A DNA stretch of 64,000 nucleotides from an uncultured delta proteobacterium (GTDB lineage Bacteria > Desulfobacterota > Binatia > UBA9968). The first letter of the stretch is position 1; every line of letters starts with the position of its first letter. The notes below the pieces were generated by a model. That model ran no database searches. It worked only from the letters and a program-made list of their open reading frames with translations, and was not told the origin of the DNA. Of this stretch, positions 63,782 through 64,000 are shown piece by piece. Location: assembly GCA_963840855.1 (NCBI GenBank), contig CAWJBB010000033.1, positions 10,256 through 74,255 on the forward strand, given 5' to 3'. The position numbers were made by a program, and so were the translations under genes.

Positions 63782-64000
63782 ATGGATACACCCGTAGCAT
63801 TCCTCAAAGGTTTCAGAGCGCTGGATTTAACCGGCTTGAGCGGCCAGCTATGCGGCCGCATCCTCGGCGACTTAGGCATGGAAGTGATCAAGATCGAGCC
63901 GCCGGGGGGCGACCCGGTGCGGAATCTTGCGCCGTTCGTAACATCTCCCGATGGCAAAACATTGAGCACGGTGTTCGCCCATCTGAACGCCGGCAAGTCG
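63782..64000 (+). CDS. family III CoA-transferase (CaiB/BaiF-like), 5' part, continues beyond the window
   Basis: Translated by hand (not in the ORF track): MDTPVAFLKGFRALDLTGLSGQLCGRILGDLGMEVIKIEPPGGDPVRNLAPF...VFAHLNAGKS, the canonical N-terminus of the family. Confidence 0.8.
   Translation, partial: MDTPVAFLKGFRALDLTGLSGQLCGRILGDLGMEVIKIEPPGGDPVRNLAPFVTSPDGKTLSTVFAHLNAGKS

Overview
The window is 64 kb of bacterial chromosome, moderately GC-rich by eye and almost entirely protein-coding. All family assignments were made by eye from translated motifs, and no searches were run. I recognised no rRNA, tRNA, CRISPR array, transposase, integrase or phage genes.

Layout:
- **0-6.2 kb:** a stress and proteostasis block. 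It holds an Hsp20 gene overlapping Lon, a GlsB/YeaQ membrane protein, an ABM-fold protein, a Crp/Fnr regulator and an HPF/RaiA-cold-shock-domain fusion.
- **6.5-21.7 kb:** a Bpt-like aminoacyl-transferase coupled to a UbiD decarboxylase, two amidohydrolase_2 enzymes, a TctC/Bug binding protein, a MetE-like protein, a lone molybdopterin oxidoreductase large subunit, a BNR propeller, an FAD aromatic hydroxylase and a RumA/RlmD-type methyltransferase.
- **21.8-29.4 kb:** a DUF309 protein, a MacB/FtsX-type ABC exporter pair, an MFS transporter plus a truncated copy, an NAD-IDH-like dehydrogenase and an M24 peptidase.
- **29.6-33.4 kb:** a cytoplasmic hybrid histidine kinase and a signal-peptide-bearing SAM methyltransferase.
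- **33.4-49.3 kb (minus strand):** amidohydrolase - tctB - eight TctC/Bug paralogs plus one remnant - tctA - D-aminoacylase - amidohydrolase. This is a tripartite tricarboxylate transporter whose two membrane genes are separated by a roughly 9.7 kb array of binding-protein genes. It is my best candidate for something unusual.
- **49.4-64 kb (plus strand):** a CoA-dependent beta-oxidation-like cluster. It holds two acyl-CoA dehydrogenases, a thiolase-like/DUF35 pair, three crotonases, an acyl-CoA synthetase, a nitronate monooxygenase-like protein, a family III CoA-transferase, a hydrolase, a cupin and two orphan binding proteins.

Two peculiarities run across the whole window:
- About 18 single-nucleotide reading-frame breaks, mostly at 2-4 nt homopolymers. 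They look more like assembly indels than decay, so 'pseudogene' below means 'frame-broken as assembled'.
- A family of short tandem 7-8 nt repeats arranged as inverted arms (units GTTCAAGG, CTAGAAAC, GGCGTGAGG, TTTCGCG, GATTTTN, CCACAAAG). They fill intercistronic spacers and, in four TctC genes, lie inside the signal-peptide coding sequence.
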